A stretch of DNA of 64,000 bases, from assembly GCA_963816355.1 (NCBI GenBank), contig CAWFKH010000002.1, forward strand, positions 43,454 to 107,453. Reading direction: 5' to 3'. The notes under the pieces are model-generated. The model did no database searches. It was not told the origin of the DNA and saw only the letters and a list, made by a program, of their open reading frames with translations. Of this stretch, positions 56,119 to 64,000 are shown piece after piece; the first letter of the stretch is position 1; each line of letters begins with the position of its first letter. Source of the stretch: an uncultured Gemmatimonadales bacterium. GTDB taxonomy: Bacteria; Gemmatimonadota; Gemmatimonadetes; Longimicrobiales; RSA9. Both the position numbers and the translations under genes were made by a program.

Positions 56119-57596
56119 TGCGTACGACGGCGCTCCCTCCACGCTCGCGGCCCGCGGCCGTTTTCCTTGCGACGCTGGCGCTGCTGGCCACCGGCCCCAC
56201 CGCGAGCGCGCGGGCGCAGCAGCCGCTCGACCGCGACGTCGTCCCCACGCCCGGTCCGGCGCCCACGCTGCACGTGCCGGAGTGGACCCGCACCCGCCTC
56301 GCCGACGGCGCCGAGCTCGTCGTGGCGCCGAAGCACGACCTGCCGCTCGTCTCCTTCAGCATCGACTTCGTCGGGGGCGCGGACAACTTCGAGCCGGCCG
56401 GCAAGGTGGGCGTGGCGTCGCTCACCGCGCAGATGCTGAGCGAGGGGACGCCGACGCGCAGCGCCGACGCGCTCTCGGACGCGCTGCAGATGCTGGGCAC
56501 TTCCGTCCGCGCGCGCGTGAGCGACGAGGGCGGCGCCGTCGGCTTCACCGCGCTGCGCGACCGCTTCGAGCCGGCGCTCGCGCTGCTGGCGGACATGCTG
56601 GTGAACGCGACGTTCCCGCAGGACGCGCTCGAGCGCGTGCGGGGCCGCGAGCTCGTCGCGCTGCGGCAGGCGAAGGACCGGCCGAACGCCATCGCGTCGA
56701 ACGTGTTCGACCGCGTCGTCTACGGCGACGCGCATCCCTACGGCCGCGTCGAGACGGAGGCGTCCGTGGCGGCGGTCACGCGCGCGGACGTCGTGGCGTT
56801 CCACCGCGCCTACTTCCGGCCCGGCCGCGCGGTGATCACGGTCACCGGAGACATCGAGCCGGCGGCCGCGAAGGCGGCGGTGGAGAAGGCGCTGGCCGGC
56901 TGGGCCGCGGGCGGCGAGCGGCCGTCGTTCGACTACCCGGCGCCGCCGCCGCCGAAGGCAACGACGATCTACCTGGTGGACAAGCCGGGAGCGGCGCAGT
57001 CGGTGTTCGTGATCGGTGAGCCGGGCCCGCCGCGCGACACGCCGGACTACTACGCGATCGAGGTGATGAACACCCTGCTCGGCGGTCTCTTCCAGTCCCG
57101 ACTGAACCACGACATCCGGGAAGTGAAGGGCTGGAGCTACGGCGTGGGCTCCGAGTTCGCGTTCGGCCGCGGCCCCGGCGCGTTCGAGGCCGGCGGCGGC
57201 ATCGTGACGGCGAAGACGGACAGCGCCCTCGTCGAGTTCATGAAGCACCTGCGCGGCGTCCAGGGCGCCATCCCGTTCACCGACGACGAGATGAAGCAGG
57301 GGAAGGAATCGCTGATCCAGTCGCTGCCGCGCCGGTTCGCGTCCGTGAACGCGATGGCCTCCGCGATCGGCAGCCTCTACACCGAGGGCCTGCCGGAGCG
57401 CTACTACCAGGAGTACGCCGCCCACGTGAACGCCGTCACCCGCGAGGACCTGGTGCGCGTCGCGCGCGAGTACATCGACCTCGACCACCTCGCCGTCGTG
57501 ATCGTCGGCGACCGCTCCGTGATCGAGGCGCCGCTCCGCGCCACAGGCATCGCGCCGATCCAGGTGCTGGACGCGGACGGCAATCCGGTCGGGTAG
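56118..57596 (+). CDS. M16 peptidase, non-catalytic partner subunit
   Basis: TGATG coupling; no HxxEH; SRLNHDIRE.KG.SYG motif. Confidence 0.88.
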   Translation: MRTTALPPRSRPAAVFLATLALLATGPTASARAQQPLDRDVVPTPGPAPTLHVPEWTRTRLADGAELVVAPKHDLPLVSFSIDFVGGADNFEPAGKVGVASLTAQMLSEGTPTRSADALSDALQMLGTSVRARVSDEGGAVGFTALRDRFEPALALLADMLVNATFPQDALERVRGRELVALRQAKDRPNAIASNVFDRVVYGDAHPYGRVETEASVAAVTRADVVAFHRAYFRPGRAVITVTGDIEPAAAKAAVEKALAGWAAGGERPSFDYPAPPPPKATTIYLVDKPGAAQSVFVIGEPGPPRDTPDYYAIEVMNTLLGGLFQSRLNHDIREVKGWSYGVGSEFAFGRGPGAFEAGGGIVTAKTDSALVEFMKHLRGVQGAIPFTDDEMKQGKESLIQSLPRRFASVNAMASAIGSLYTEGLPERYYQEYAAHVNAVTREDLVRVAREYIDLDHLAVVIVGDRSVIEAPLRATGIAPIQVLDADGNPVG

Positions 57597-57771
57597 CCGC
57601 CGGGCCTGCCTCGCGGCGCACGCACGTTCGACACCTCGTTTCTCGCCGAGGACGCGGGGGTCGCGGAGGAATCACCGGCGCAATGCGCGGACGTTTAACG
57701 CATCCGCGCCGACGCGCGTCGTTTCAACGGATGGCGCTCATCCTCCCGGGCGCCCGTCTTCCCCGCGATGG

Positions 57772-58800
57772 ATGGGCACGATGGAATCTCGGCGTACGCA
57801 CCGCCAGGGCCGGCTGCTGCCGGTCGCGATCCTCGCCTTCCTCCCCAGCCTCACCTTGTTCACGCCCGTCGCCGCGGCCGGCCAGAGCGCGCACGCCGGC
57901 GCAAGCGTTCCGGCCGCCTCCGCCCGCGGCGCGGCCGATCTCCCGGTCGGCGACGGCCGCGTCAGCGACCATCCCGAGGCGGGGAACGTGTACGCCTGCC
58001 GCACGACGTTCCGCAACGGCGGGGCGCGGCACGACGGCCCCTGGTTCCACGGCGGCACGTGGGACCCCACCGAGAAGCCGCACGTGCGCGGTCACGTGCT
58101 CTGGCCGGACGCCGCGTTCAGCCTCACGCCCGCGGGCGGCGATGTGGAGGTGCGGGGAAACGGCCTGCCGCTGCGCGAGCCGACCGGCGTCTTCCCGATC
58201 GCGCCGTCGGACCCGGTCTTCCGCTACGACACCAACCCGAACCACGTCGGCGCGCAGGACCTCGATTTCCGCATCCCGGCCGAGCCGGCCACCGCCGCCC
58301 GTCCGAGCTGCCTGCCGATGGGCATGATCGGCTTCACCGTGACGGGCGTGGCGCTCTACAGCGCGCTCGACGACGCGGGCCGCGACGCCGCCGCGCACGA
58401 GATCCAGGACGCCTGCGACGGCCATCCGCAGGCCAACGCGCAGTACCACTACCACGGCGCCTCGCCGTGCATCCCCGGCATCGACGGCGACGGCGTGGTC
58501 GGCTGGGCGCTCGACGGCTTCCCGATCCTCGGCACGAAGGATCACGACGGCGCCGAGCTGACCGACGCGGACCTCGACGCCTGCCACGGGCGCCGCGAGC
58601 GCGTCGTCGCCGACGGGCGTTCCTACGCGTATGCCTACCACTTCACGCGCGAGTACCCCTACACGCTCGGCTGCTTCACCGGCGCCGTGCTCGACTCCAC
58701 GCTGCGGGCGGTGCGGGCGGGGCTGCAGCCCTCGAGGCGAGGGCGGAGGCGACGCGGCGGCGCGGGCGAAGAAGTCGGGCCGCCTGGCGGGGAACGGTGA
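57772..58800 (+). CDS. YHYH protein, exported
   Basis: IG...TGVALY; DACDGHP....YHYH; GWALDGFPI.G; DLDACHG; YAYHFT.EYPY..GCF. Confidence 0.88.
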   Translation: MGTMESRRTHRQGRLLPVAILAFLPSLTLFTPVAAAGQSAHAGASVPAASARGAADLPVGDGRVSDHPEAGNVYACRTTFRNGGARHDGPWFHGGTWDPTEKPHVRGHVLWPDAAFSLTPAGGDVEVRGNGLPLREPTGVFPIAPSDPVFRYDTNPNHVGAQDLDFRIPAEPATAARPSCLPMGMIGFTVTGVALYSALDDAGRDAAAHEIQDACDGHPQANAQYHYHGASPCIPGIDGDGVVGWALDGFPILGTKDHDGAELTDADLDACHGRRERVVADGRSYAYAYHFTREYPYTLGCFTGAVLDSTLRAVRAGLQPSRRGRRRRGGAGEEVGPPGGER

Positions 58801-58906
58801 TTGCAGCCGCCCGGTTCGGCCACTGGAGCCGCCAGCCCCCTCTCCGGGAGAACCCATGACGAACCGGCGCATCATCGACGCACGCCGCCGCCGCGGGAGG
58901 TGAGCG

Positions 58907-59293
58907 ATGGTCTTCCCCGCGCTCACGATCTTCGCCGACGCGGCGCTCTTCGCGCTGCGTCTCATGATGGCGGCGCTGTTCGGCGCGAGCGGATGGTCGC
59001 ACCTGACGCGGCCGAAGGAACGCGCCGAGAGCATCGGCATGTCGCCCACGTTCACGCTCGGTCTCGGCATCGTCGAGCTCGCCGGCGCCGTGTCGCTGGC
59101 GCTCGGCGTGTGGCCGCAGATCGGCGGGATCGTGCTGATCCTGGTCATGCTCGGCGCGCTGCAGAAGAAGATCTTCGTGTGGAAGACCGGCTTCTGGGGC
59201 GAGAGCGGCCAGGGCTGGTACTACGAGCTGCTCTACATCGTCTGCAACGTCGTCATCGTCGCGACGGGCGGCGGGAGCTGGCGGATCACCTGA
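58907..59293 (+). CDS. DoxX family membrane protein
   Basis: LRLMMAALF..SGWSHL; VELAG; GWYYELL; GGGSW; GGAGG RBS. Confidence 0.85.
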   Translation: MVFPALTIFADAALFALRLMMAALFGASGWSHLTRPKERAESIGMSPTFTLGLGIVELAGAVSLALGVWPQIGGIVLILVMLGALQKKIFVWKTGFWGESGQGWYYELLYIVCNVVIVATGGGSWRIT

Positions 59294-59294
59294 C

Positions 59295-59843
59295 CTACTC
59301 GCCACCGCCGCGCCGCTTCGCGCTCGGCGGCAGCATCCCGTTGAGGCGCATGTAGTTGGCCACCTGGCTGTAGTGGTCCGACAGGTCCTCGACGTAGATG
59401 AACGTCGCGAGCGCGCGCGACCCCTTCATGAAGCCGAGGTCGACCGGGTCGCCCATCTTGGCGTCGCTGGTCGCCGCGAGGGCCTTGTCGCAGAAGGCGA
59501 AGGAGTCCTTCAGCTCCTGGACCAGCATCGCCTTCTCCTCCGTCCCCTTCCGCTCCGGCGTTTCCGGCGCCGGCATGCCGCCGATCGCGCTGCAGATCGT
59601 GCGGTTCGCGTTGGCGAGGTGCGCCCACACCTGACCGAAGCTGAGCTGCGCGTCGGTCGGCTTGTAGGCGAGCTTCTCGGCTGGGATCTCGTCTGCCGCG
59701 CTCATCAGGTACCCCCCGAAGTGCGTGCTCATGCGCTGCGCGGCCTCGGTCACCGGATTGGCTCCGGCCGAAGCGGGTTGCTGCGCGAGAAGCGCGGTCG
59801 GCACGAGCAGCGCGGCGAGGCCGCAGAGGCGAATTCGGTTCAT
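59295..59843 (-). CDS. DinB family protein, exported
   Basis: Signal ..LLAQ; AADEIPAEK..YKPT; SFGQVWAHLA; HYSQ..NYMRLNG.LPP. Confidence 0.87.
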   Translation of the reverse strand: MNRIRLCGLAALLVPTALLAQQPASAGANPVTEAAQRMSTHFGGYLMSAADEIPAEKLAYKPTDAQLSFGQVWAHLANANRTICSAIGGMPAPETPERKGTEEKAMLVQELKDSFAFCDKALAATSDAKMGDPVDLGFMKGSRALATFIYVEDLSDHYSQVANYMRLNGMLPPSAKRRGGGE

Positions 59844-60023
59844 GGCGGGTCTCCGGATGGGGGAGGTCAGGGAGCAGAAGGATTGTGCGCGGCGGCCGCG
59901 TCGGCGTCAATCCCTCGTCGGTGGCGGGGCAGCGTCGAGTCATCGTCGGCGCTTGCCGCGTGCCGGGACCGCGCCGATCTTGCCGCAGCCGGTTTCCGCC
60001 ACCGCAGCGAGGAGAACACGCCG

Positions 60024-61865
60024 TTGATCCCGATGAAGGACTTCTTCCGCAACCCGGAACAGACGAGCTTTCAGCTCTCCCGTGACGGCCTGCACCTGGC
60101 CTGGCTGCAGCCGTGGGGCGGACATCTCAACCTCCACGTACGCGCCATCGGCAGCGACGTGGTGACCCGCGTCACCGACTCGACCACGCGCGACATCCCG
60201 GGCTACGGCTGGGCCAGCGACGGCCGTCTCGTCTACGTGCAGGACCGCGGCGGGGATGAGAACTACCATGCGTACGCCGTGGATCTGGACGGCGGCAACT
60301 TCCTCGACCTGACCCCCTTCGAGTCCGTCCAGACGCGAATCGTCGACCTGCTGGAAGAGGACGACCGGCACATGCTGCTCGCGATCAACCGCCGCGATCC
60401 GCGCGTCCATGACGTCCATCGCGTCGACGTCGACACGGGCCAGCTCGTCCTGGTGGCGGAGAACCCGGGCAGCATCACGCGCTGGCAAACCGACAACCAG
60501 GGCCGCGTTCGGGCGGCCCTCGCCACCGACGGCGTCGACAGCAGCCTGCTCTACCGGGAGACGGAGGACGACCCCTTCGAGACCGTGATCACGACGAACT
60601 TCAAGGACACGCTCGCGCCCCTCCATTTCACGTTCGACGACGCGCTCCTCTACGTCGTCTCGAACCTCGGCCGCGACCGGCGGGCGATCTACACCTACGA
60701 CCCGCGCACGGCCCGCTTGCTGGACCTGATCTACGAGCACCCCGAGGTCGACGTCGCGCACCTGCTGCGTTCGCGCCACCGCAAGGTGATCACCGGCGTC
60801 GGCTTCCACACCGAGAAGCGCGGCTACCACTTCTTCGATGCGGACCGCAAGCAGCTCCAGGAGCGCCTCGAGCGGGAGCTGCCCGGCGTCGAGGTGGCGG
60901 TGGCCAGCATGAGCAGGGACGAGACGCGGGCGCTCGTGCGCACTTACAGCGACAAGACCCAGGGCGCCTACTACTATCAGAACCGCGACACGGACGAGCT
61001 GGAGAAGCTCGTCGAAGTCAGCCCCTGGCTCGATCCCGCCGCGATGGCCGACATGAAGCCCATCCGGTACACGAGCCGCGACGGCCTCACGATCCACGGC
61101 TATCTCACCCTGCCCCGGGACGCGGAGCCCGGGAACCTGCCCGTCGTCGTCAATCCCCACGGCGGCCCGTGGCACCGCGACGTCTGGGGCTTCAATCCCG
61201 AAGTGCAGTTCCTGGCGAACCGCGGCTACGCCGTGCTGCAGATGAACTTCCGCGGCTCGACCGGCTACGGAAAGGAGTTCTGGACGAAGAGCTTCCGCCA
61301 GTGGGGACTCGCGATGCAGAACGATGTCACCGACGGAGTCCGCTGGCTCATCGACCAGGGAATCGCCGATCCCCGGAGGGTGGCCATCTACGGAGCGTCG
61401 TACGGCGGCTACTCGACGCTGGCGGGCGTCACGTTCACCCCGGACCTCTACGCCTGCGGCGTGGACTACGTCGGCGTCTCGAACATCTTCACCTGGATGA
61501 AGGCGTTCCCGCCGTACTGGAAGCCGATGCTCGCCATGGTCAAGGAGATGATCGGGGATCCGGACGCCGACCCCGCCTTCATCCGCTCGATCTCCCCCTT
61601 CTTCCACGTCGACCGGATCAAGGTGCCGCTCCTCGTGGCGCAGGGTGCGAACGATCCCCGCGTCCCGAAGGAGGAGAGCGACCAGGTCGTGGAGGCCCTG
61701 CGCCGGCGAGGCATCGACGTCGAATACATGGTGAAGGACGACGAGGGCCACGGCTACGCCCGCGAACAGAACCGCTTCGACTTCTACGCCGCGATGGAGA
61801 GCTTCCTCGGCAGGCATCTGGGCGGATCGGTCATGCCCGAGGCCGCCGCCGGCGCCGACGCGTAG
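60024..61865 (+). CDS. S9 family (acylaminoacyl/prolyl oligo) peptidase
   Basis: HGGPW; NFRGSTGYG; GASYGG; QGANDPRV; DEGHG; GAGGAG RBS before TTG. Confidence 0.93.
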   Translation: MIPMKDFFRNPEQTSFQLSRDGLHLAWLQPWGGHLNLHVRAIGSDVVTRVTDSTTRDIPGYGWASDGRLVYVQDRGGDENYHAYAVDLDGGNFLDLTPFESVQTRIVDLLEEDDRHMLLAINRRDPRVHDVHRVDVDTGQLVLVAENPGSITRWQTDNQGRVRAALATDGVDSSLLYRETEDDPFETVITTNFKDTLAPLHFTFDDALLYVVSNLGRDRRAIYTYDPRTARLLDLIYEHPEVDVAHLLRSRHRKVITGVGFHTEKRGYHFFDADRKQLQERLERELPGVEVAVASMSRDETRALVRTYSDKTQGAYYYQNRDTDELEKLVEVSPWLDPAAMADMKPIRYTSRDGLTIHGYLTLPRDAEPGNLPVVVNPHGGPWHRDVWGFNPEVQFLANRGYAVLQMNFRGSTGYGKEFWTKSFRQWGLAMQNDVTDGVRWLIDQGIADPRRVAIYGASYGGYSTLAGVTFTPDLYACGVDYVGVSNIFTWMKAFPPYWKPMLAMVKEMIGDPDADPAFIRSISPFFHVDRIKVPLLVAQGANDPRVPKEESDQVVEALRRRGIDVEYMVKDDEGHGYAREQNRFDFYAAMESFLGRHLGGSVMPEAAAGADA

Positions 61866-62031
61866 ATCCTCGCCGGCTCGCGCGAATCCCCGGCGTGCGA
61901 CGGGCCGTTCACGGAGCGCCGCTGCGCGGCAGCGTTCCCGATCATGAGGGACGCGGCGCCCGGGCAACGCACGGCGCGCCCGCGGGGTCGAACGGGTTGG
62001 ACGCGATCGCCATCGCAAAAGGCGGCAGTGC

Positions 62032-63327
62032 ATGCGCTTCATGACATGGGCGGCTTCGGCGACCTCGCTGCTGCTGGCGTGCGCACCGGCAGGCCCGGCC
62101 ACGCCCGCGGAGTCTGCTTCCCCTCCTGGACTGTCGCGGCAGCTCGACGTGCGGCTGGTGAGCGACGAGGCCGACGCGGTGCTGGACATCCTGGAGGAGC
62201 GCGCTGGCGGGCGACACGCGGCCGCGGCCGACTGGGACCGTCTCTTCACCAGCGAAGGCTACGTCCGACTCAAGAGGCGCGAGCGCGCCATGGGAGTGGC
62301 TTTCACCGACTCGGCGTTTCGCGCTTTCGTGCTGACGCCCGGGCTGGCGGCGCGACGCGAAGCGCTGCGCCGGACGCTGCAGGCGTGGCGCGGCATCGAC
62401 GTCGACGCGGCGGCCCGTCGGGCGCTTGCCTACCTGCCGGCGGGCACCACGATCCGGGCGCGCATGTACCCCGAGATCAAGCCGGCGTCCAACAGCTTCG
62501 TCTTCGACACGGACACCGACCCCGCCATCTTCTTCTACCTGGACCCCGGCCGCACCACCGCGAAGACCGCCAATACGCTCAGCCACGAGCTGCACCACAT
62601 CGGCACCGCCAGCGCGTGCGCCGAGCCGCAGGACAGCACACTGCCGCAGGCGCTGCGCGACGCCCGCACCTGGGCGTCCGGCTTCGACGAGGGACGCGCC
62701 ATGCTCGCCGCCGCCGGCGGCCCCGACGTCGACCCCCACGCCACCAGCAGCGCCGACGAGCGCGCCATCTGGGAGCGCAACCTGACCCGGGCGCCCGAGG
62801 ACGTGCGGAGGCTCACCGGCTTCTTCGGCGACATCCTGGACGGCGCCATCACCGGTGATGCGCTGCGCCGCCGCGGCTTCGGGTTCATCAACACCGAGGA
62901 CGCGCCGCAGGGCGCCTTCTATACGGTCGGCTGGCTCATGAGCGCGGTGGTGGAAAAGGAGCTCGGCCGAGCCACGCTGGTCGCCTCCCTGTGCGATCCG
63001 GTGCGCTTCATGGAGGATTATGATGAGGCCGCCGCGCGGGCCAACCGTCGAGGTGGCGGGCCGGTCGTGCGCGGCGCGCCGGCGGCGCTGCCGCTGTGGC
63101 CGGAGACGCTGCTGGAGCGGATGATCGTCCCCCCTGACCACCGCGGCCACGAGCGGCCCGCGACCACCGTCAAGCGTCTGACCGGCCCGGAGAGGGGTCG
63201 AGCAGCCCAAGCGGCGTCAGCCGCGCAAGCAACTGCATTGGCCCGCGCGACCGCGAGACATAGGTTGGATCGAGCGGCAGCCCGCCGTTCCTCGCCCGCA
63301 CCCGACGGATCGGAGTCACTCCCATGA
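62032..63327 (+). CDS. DUF5700-like putative Zn-dependent protease lipoprotein
   Basis: Lipobox LLAC; YPEIKPASNSFVF; SHELHHIG; EGRA; QGAFYTVGW. The last ~70 aa look like non-conserved read-through. Confidence 0.72.
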   Translation: MRFMTWAASATSLLLACAPAGPATPAESASPPGLSRQLDVRLVSDEADAVLDILEERAGGRHAAAADWDRLFTSEGYVRLKRRERAMGVAFTDSAFRAFVLTPGLAARREALRRTLQAWRGIDVDAAARRALAYLPAGTTIRARMYPEIKPASNSFVFDTDTDPAIFFYLDPGRTTAKTANTLSHELHHIGTASACAEPQDSTLPQALRDARTWASGFDEGRAMLAAAGGPDVDPHATSSADERAIWERNLTRAPEDVRRLTGFFGDILDGAITGDALRRRGFGFINTEDAPQGAFYTVGWLMSAVVEKELGRATLVASLCDPVRFMEDYDEAAARANRRGGGPVVRGAPAALPLWPETLLERMIVPPDHRGHERPATTVKRLTGPERGRAAQAASAAQATALARATARHRLDRAAARRSSPAPDGSESLP

Positions 63328-63998
63328 GCACCGTCGCGAATGGACCCGACGACGCCGCTTACCCGGTCGACGTGCACGTCGACCCGGCGATCGAGGATCG
63401 GAACCAGCTGACCTGCGCTTTCCGCCTGATCCTGGCCATTCCGCACATCCTCCTGGTGGGCGGACCGCTCGCGGCCGGTCTGTTCTGGGGCTGGACATCC
63501 GGGTCCGGCCACGTCCACTACCAGTGGGGCTCGAGCGGCGGCGTGCTCGGCGCCGTCGCCGGCGTGGTCGCCATCATCGCGTGGTTCGCGATCCTGTTCA
63601 CCGGCCGCTACCCGAAGGGGCTCTGGGACCTGGCCACGTTCTACCTGCGCTGGCGCGTGCGCGCCGTCGCCTACTGCACGCTGCTCAGGGACGAATACCC
63701 GCCGTTCGGCGACGGCCCCTACCCCGCCGGTCTCGACCTCGAGCCGCCGGAGGCGCCGCGCGACCGCCTGTCCGTCGCTTTCCGCATCCTGCTCGCGCTG
63801 CCGCACCTGTTGGTGCTCTGGTTCCTCATGATCGGCTGGGCCTTCACGAGCGTCGTCGCATGGATCGCGATCCTCTTCACCGCCCGCTACCCGCGCGCCC
63901 TCTACGACTACGGCGTCGGAGTGCTGCGCTGGAGCACCCGCCTCGAGGCGTACGTTCTGCTCCTGCGCGACGAGTACCCGCCCTTCTCGCTGAGCTAG
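63324..63998 (+). CDS. DUF4389 domain membrane protein (two repeats)
   Basis: Two copies of FR..LA.PH...WFAILFTGRYP..L......RW..R..AY..LLRDEYPPF. Confidence 0.9.
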   Translation: MSTVANGPDDAAYPVDVHVDPAIEDRNQLTCAFRLILAIPHILLVGGPLAAGLFWGWTSGSGHVHYQWGSSGGVLGAVAGVVAIIAWFAILFTGRYPKGLWDLATFYLRWRVRAVAYCTLLRDEYPPFGDGPYPAGLDLEPPEAPRDRLSVAFRILLALPHLLVLWFLMIGWAFTSVVAWIAILFTARYPRALYDYGVGVLRWSTRLEAYVLLLRDEYPPFSLS

Positions 63999-64000
63999 GG

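Noticed and set aside
58856..58903. 15-aa Arg-rich ORF MTNRRIIDARRRRGR before doxX
   Set aside because: It has an RBS-like GGAGA but is too short to support, with no attenuator structure seen.

Overview
A very GC-rich bacterial chromosomal window. The gene mix (PadR plus ADOP-type permease, Oar-like TonB receptor, Big_1 lipoprotein, RCC1 remnant, DUF4159/vWA operon) suggests Gemmatimonadota; this is an inference. About 55 real genes can be picked out from many GC-driven shadow ORFs. They include the 5' part of a DUF4159/TPR-peptidase/vWA operon, two ECF sigma/anti-sigma pairs, three TonB-dependent receptors (one frameshifted), a multicopper oxidase with a duplicated-domain dihaem cytochrome c, two glycoside-hydrolase-like lipoproteins, several peptidases, and an FTR1 iron permease with a Fur-like box. 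The most notable region is 37-47 kb. It holds a translationally coupled SRA/PUA-like-HNH nuclease, MutT/NudG-like Nudix and Smr nuclease unit, followed by a DUF4236-TerB-like membrane protein; this is a candidate modification-dependent anti-phage cassette. That block and a nearby EVE gene are each bracketed by arrays of one 13-bp repeat family. Also notable are a triple ~61-bp palindromic element at 49.2 kb and an orphan TiaS-N-like enzyme coupled to an ECF-S-component-like gene. I saw no rRNA, tRNA, CRISPR array, transposase or integrase. All family calls come from motif recognition by eye, not database searches, and start codons are best estimates.
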